Assembly: GCA_051294905.1 (NCBI GenBank)
Contig: CM119378.1
Location: 1,426,001 to 1,488,000, forward strand
Source: Botryllus schlosseri
Lineage: Eukaryota
DNA length: 62,000 nucleotides
Direction of reading: 5' to 3'
Both the position numbers and the translations under genes were made by a program. Positions 54,901 through 60,900 of the stretch are shown piece after piece. Position 1 is the first letter of the stretch. The number at the start of each line of letters is the position of its first letter. The notes under the pieces were generated by a model. The model was not told the DNA's origin. It worked only from the letters and a program-made list of their open reading frames with translations, and did no database searches.

Positions 54901-57900
54901 ATCCAGGCCTGACGTTATATGTTCAATGAAATAAATTAGTTTGTCAATTTTGATGCCATATTTGTTGCGATCGTACCCAAATCTGTCGTCGCAAGCGTTA
55001 CGCGTTATTTTTACATTTGCCACCACCTCTGTATGTGGAGACAGATTTTCAACACCCGTTTAAATCAAATCGAAGGCGCAGATTTTCAAGACACCACCAA
55101 GTATTTCAAAACATTTAGCTTCAGAATTCGCTTGGAATAAATAAAAATCTTCCCAATTACTACTCAAATAATAGGCTTTTATGCTATTCTCAAGAATGAT
55201 CAGTGGTCACTCCGTTACTGTGTATTGTTTGTTTTGTTTGTGTGGGGTATTCATGGTGTTTGTCGACTACAATGGTCAATTGGTCATTTTCACCAGGCAG
55301 TTTTTCCTGCATTTTTGATTCCGTATCTGCCAACTTGTAGCACGACCCACTTCTAGACTTTTTAAAAGACACGGCTTACGGGGATGAGATGGCGAGGAGC
55401 AGCCGAGATAAACCTTCAACACATAGGTTGGAATTCTAGTGTCGACCCCCGCTAAAACTTCGGCGAGTTCGCGGGGGTCCATGACAGTCCAAAATGGGTT
55501 CGCGAAGACAAAAAGGTTGAGAACCACTGGTTTACACTATACAGGAATGGAGTGGAACATAGGTCATGAAGTGGGCTATCTTTAATGTGAGCACTGGTGA
55601 TTGCTACTTGCTAGGTTCTGCAATAGATTTCTCAACGGGCCAGATGAAATCATCTGAAGGGCCGTGTCTGGCCTGTCAGGATTGTGTTTGACAGTCCTGC
55701 TCTACTGTTAGGTCGGTGCGGTTATCTGTTTATGTGTTTTAATGAGGTCCGAAACTACATTTTTTTCTCCCGCTGTAACTTGTTGGGCACTTACTATATG
55801 CATTTGGCTCTTAAATTTTATGTATGAATTCTGTCAAAAATATTGATTCTTCCATATATATTAGGCTTCTATAAAATGCACCAACAGGTTGCACATCTGG
55901 TGATTTCCAAACTTTTACGGCCGCGACCTCATTTCCGACTTGAAAATGTTCCGTCGCAAAGCTCGAAACTTGATCAGCTGCATGATTACTAAAAAATTCA
56001 GCTTGCCCAAACTTACTCACGGCCTAGAAAGCTAATTACGTCCAAGATCATCGCAATCCCTAGATAAAGGCGAACGACCTCATGGAACCACTGTCTGTGA
56101 CTGAAGCATCCAATCGGTCTTAACCAACTCTAGGAATATACAGTTAGTTAGCTTAAAATTGCGATTACAATCAGACTTATTTCAGTAAGTGATGGTTATT
56201 TATATTTATTTTGATTACATTTTTGGCTAGGGTGGTGCCTGGTGCCTATACTAATATCATTATACGTCGCATGAACTCGCGCGCGGCGCGAAGAAGAATT
56301 TTGAATAGCATATATCTGCTTGAAAATAATATTGTTTATGTTGATTTACGAAAAACTTTTTGAGCCTGCTTCAAGCCTTCAAAATTCCGGACATTTAGGC
56401 ATATTTTAGAAATTCCTCCCGGACGCAGATTTTTCAGTGAAATTCCGGACATGTCCGGGAAATTCCGGACGTATGGCAACCCTACGCTAGTTGGACTCAG
56501 CAGAGGGTAATGTCAGTAATCTAACTCTTATCTATTTGGTGAAATGTTTCGATGATCTCATTTTTTCCCAATTTTTGAAGTTTTTGTGAATTCAACAGTA
56601 ATTCTAATTCTAATCTAGTTCGGGTAAAAATGTGGGCGTTTCTTTGATATACCCCCGAGATCAAACACATGTTCCCAATGATACCAATTAATGTTTCCCA
56701 TGGACATGCCAAAATTTATAAACGTCAAAATAAATTGTTTTTGCCTTTGCAGCGATAGATATTAGGGCTGGGTGGGGGAATGGAGATATTAGGGTTGGAG
56801 GTGGGTTAAGGTCAAAGTTGGGGTTAGGGTATCCCAAGATTAGGGTGGGAGGAGATGGGGATATTGGGGTTGGAGGAGAGGGGATGTAAGGGTTGGGGGA
56901 GGGGGATATTAGGTTTGGAGGAGAGGTGGGATCCCCAATATCCCGCACCCACAACTCCAATCCCAACACGATATAAAACTTATTTTGAGGTTTATAGATT
57001 TTGAGATGTTCAATGTTCATTTGAAGCATTTATTGATGTCATTGTGAGCACTTACTTGATCTTGGCGGTATATCGAAGAAGCGCCAAAATGTGTAGATAC
57101 AATTCCAATTCTTATTTAATTTGGAAAATTTCTAGGTGCCGCTGATGAGAATCACCGATTTAACCATTGCTGGCGAATTAATAAAGAACAACCTTGCAAG
57201 TTCCGTTTTGATGACGTCCTGTCCGACTTGTGCTGTGTTGCTGATGACCTCCTCGCCGATTTCTGTGGCGTTGTCAAGTTTCTGCCGGCCGTGAGATCGA
57301 GAAGCTTTCAGAGCCTTAAAACAGCAGCATGATTGGAGATTTTACACCGATATAACTACATGAAAAAGTATATCAACAATCGTATCACCAAATATGACAT
57401 CCCCATCTTTCTAATAACGGAGTCGATGGCTTAAACTCAATGTACTATTTTATACGACACACAAACTCCTGATTTTGATTTTGATAAACGTGGACTCTTC
57501 AGCCCATGAATGAAAGAATAAATGCCCTCAACCAATTCTCTTGTCTCGATAATTTTTGGCACAAATACAATTATCCATTAGGCAATGGCTGATAACAGAA
57601 TTAATGGCCGTTGCCCATTCTGATTCTAGTTCCAGGGGATGTATCAATTGATTCCACCGTGAAGGAGTTTGTATATAATCGCACATTGAGCCTAAGTTAT
57701 CTGTTGGCCTCTATGATTTGAATTGTGATACAGTTGACTTCATATTTGGTTACACAATTGTTGATATCCAGCGTTCTTTGACTTGCTGAGGATTACCTCT
57801 GACGAGTGCGAGCCAGGTTTATTTCAATATGAATAGAGCCACGTTGATAACTCACGAGAATCTTATTCAATTTCTTCTGCAATATCTCCTTCTCGCCAGC

Positions 57901-60900
57901 CATGTCAGACCACCTATTCAACTCCTCTTTGGCTGAGTTGATCCAACCGCAGAAATTCTGTACCGCTTCGTAATATTCTTCGTGCCTCTTTACGCACGTT
58001 TTGAGATGATTGTGACGATCTTTTGCCAAAGTTAGAACAAGTTCGTATTGATGAAGCATGTCCTGCGAAACAGAGGCATGCACACTGGATGAAAACTATT
58101 ACAAGACAATATAAAAGGACAAGCGACAATGGAAAGGGCGTACCATCAACGACGAAAATATAGCCGTCATATTCCTGTACCTAGATCTGTTGCCTGAGTC
58201 ACTAATCAGAAAGTAAACATACCGCTAAACTTGATACAGAAACCCTCGGCTACTAAGGCTAATTTTGGGGTCATTTTCAACATCAGGCTACCATGAAAAA
58301 ATAAATTCTGGAACCAGTAAAGTGATATGAACTTCTTTATGGTCAAACCTTAAATTGCTGCTATTCTAGAGTGATTTTCGATTGACTCATCAAATCTCAA
58401 TGCTATTTTCATGCTGTCAAAAACTTGGGATATTGTGAAGTGCTAATATTGAGTACCAGTAATGAATGAATGAGACTAATAAACATTTATATTCTGATAC
58501 TTAATTCTAGTGCGTCTCAATGAAAATAGCTGATTGTTTTATGAGATCTAAAAAGAAAAAGCATACCTGGATTTCATCTTGGTCCAAATCAACGGCTTTC
58601 TCGTTCAAAACATTCACCGCCTCTTCATGGGATTCTACGTCTTGCAAGATCAACCTAAAACAAGACAGGAACTCAAGATTCGAGTTGTCTCAGTCGTGAA
58701 GACTGTTGGAGGTAGAGAACTCATTGAATACTATATTCATATTGAATGAAACCGGTGCATTTTCGGCTGAAACTGGTTAAGGGTAATCGTCAGCAACTGG
58801 ATTCGAATCCAAAAACAACTCTGCATATGGCTCAGTGTCTCATACTTGAAGAACTGGATAATTCTAGTTGTCTAGCAGGACAGATTATAGCGAAATGCGG
58901 GTAATTTAATTTTAATCTAGTATGTGAAAAGTTTCTTGCCTCTCTTGCCTTTTTGTGAATGCAGTAATGCAAATTCTAGTCCAAATCCAAAAAAAAAACA
59001 CTGTAGAGCTATCATTCTGATTCTCATTTAATTTGTAAAAGCTGTAAATATTGCACACTGTCCAACTCCACACGATGGAGGTGTGCCTTGCGTGCCTTGG
59101 AGTCGACTTTTATCAAAATAGCCCGACCCAAACTCTGTCAACAAGTGTACCACCTGAAAATAGTACATTGAACGCTCTCTCTTTCAAAATTTTGTGCTGG
59201 TGACGTCATATTTTGTGTTACGATTGCTGATATACAATGTTCTTTCCAGTTCTCAACTACTTGCTGATGATTACCCCTGACAAGTGTCAGCCGAAAATAT
59301 TCGGGTTTATGTCAATATGAATATACTATTCGATTGTGTATTGAAGTTCTGTACCTCCAAGAAGCTGCCCAACTCTGGTGGAACATTCGACATTGAATTA
59401 CTTTGCGTTTTGGTAGTTACGTAATTAACATTCCAATCTAACTCATGATTCCAATCTCACTGATACAGCCATTCTCATTGCGAAAGCATACATGATTTGA
59501 TATAAACTGAAGTTGATATTATTGTATTAGTGTCTGTGAATTCATTAATTGTAATTCTAATCTAATTTGGAAATGCTGAAAATCTTCTAATACTCCAACT
59601 CCACTTACTTATACTTCTCTAGCTGGGCTACTTTATCCTTCAGATCCACAGCGGCGGCGAGAGATCCAGACAGAACGGCTTCGTTTTCACGCAGCCAGGA
59701 CGAAAGTTCATTTCGCGCTTGAGAATATTGACTCCAATCGAGCAGCTTTTGCTCCAATTTCGCTTTGCAGTCGGACAGCTTTTCGAGAAATTCGTCGTAA
59801 CTGCTCTTCAGCGCGTTCTGATCCCTTGAAGATTGATGTGAGCATTGAGTTTGACGTAAAATAGTGATAAAAAATGAAATGATAATAAAATAATAGAAAA
59901 GGTCCAAATCGGAAAAAAATAAATTCCCAAAACCTGTCGAGTAGAATTGGAAGTAGTCCAAATCAAGAAAAAAAAAAAAAAATTTTTTACTGAAATCTGT
60001 CGTGTAGAGTTGAAAGTAGCGATTAAAATAAATATCAAAAATAGATTCCCAAAACCCGTCGAGTAGAATTGGAAGTAGTCCAAATCAAGAAAAAAACGAC
60101 AAAAATTTTTTACTGAAATCTGTCGTGTAGAGTTGAAAGTAGCGATTAAAATAAATATCAAAAATAGATTCCCAAAACCTGTCGAGTAGAATTGGAAGTA
60201 GTCCAAATCAAGAAAAAAAATGACAACAAATTTTTACTAAAATCCGTCGTGTAGAGTTGAAAGTAGCGATTAAAAAAAATATTGAAAGCGAATTCCCCTA
60301 AAAATTGTCCAGTTCAAGAAGTCTAAATCGAAAAAAAATCTGTTTTGTTACGCTATCGGTATCGATCCCAAATTCTGATACCGGTCAGACTGTAATTTGA
60401 AGACTTGAAAAAACGGTCTTACTTCTTCATATTATCTTTTCCGGCCATCACTGTTTTCATCATGGCGCGTTCACCTTTGCCGAGAGCCACGTTGAGTTTG
60501 ATCTCTCCCTCCTGCTTCTCCAAAGTCAGATCCTGGAGAGTTTCCTGAGCGGCAGCCAGTCTGGAAGGTAATGTAAGTTTCATGCGTAGCCAGAGATGAT
60601 CAAAGCATATTAAGTTACTGTTATAAGAATATATCATTGTGTATGCGCGATTTCTTCAAATTATTAAATTTCTTTATCATTAAAGACACGATTAACTGAG
60701 CAAGTAAAATCTCTTCATCTCATCGTTGGCCCTCAATTAGAACTAGAAGATATGATAGAACTACTTCAAGTGGAATAGGAAAATGAAGATCGGAAAACTA
60801 CTCGGATAAGTATTTTCAAAAACTAGATTTGTTCAAGACGTCAAATACTTTTAGTGTCCGATCGAAGGTGGCTGCTTTTCATATCGCAAGATGCATTTTC

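Larger units (their letters stand above)
53405..56484. mobile_element. hAT (Tip100/Blackjack-like) element, outer layer of triple nest
   Basis: TIR tagggttaccata / tatggcaacccta; perfect TSD cgctagtt; ccggac subterminal repeats. Confidence 0.9.

Noticed and set aside
56688..57029. Proline-rich ORF
   Set aside because: It is a translation of the G-rich internal repeats of the Merlin-like element.
1880..59366. CRISPR-like or attC-like array suggested by the recurring gctgacgattacccctgacgagtgtcagc hairpin
   Set aside because: Copies are irregularly spaced, lie in both orientations inside eukaryotic introns and belong to a longer TIR arm; there are no cas or integrase genes.
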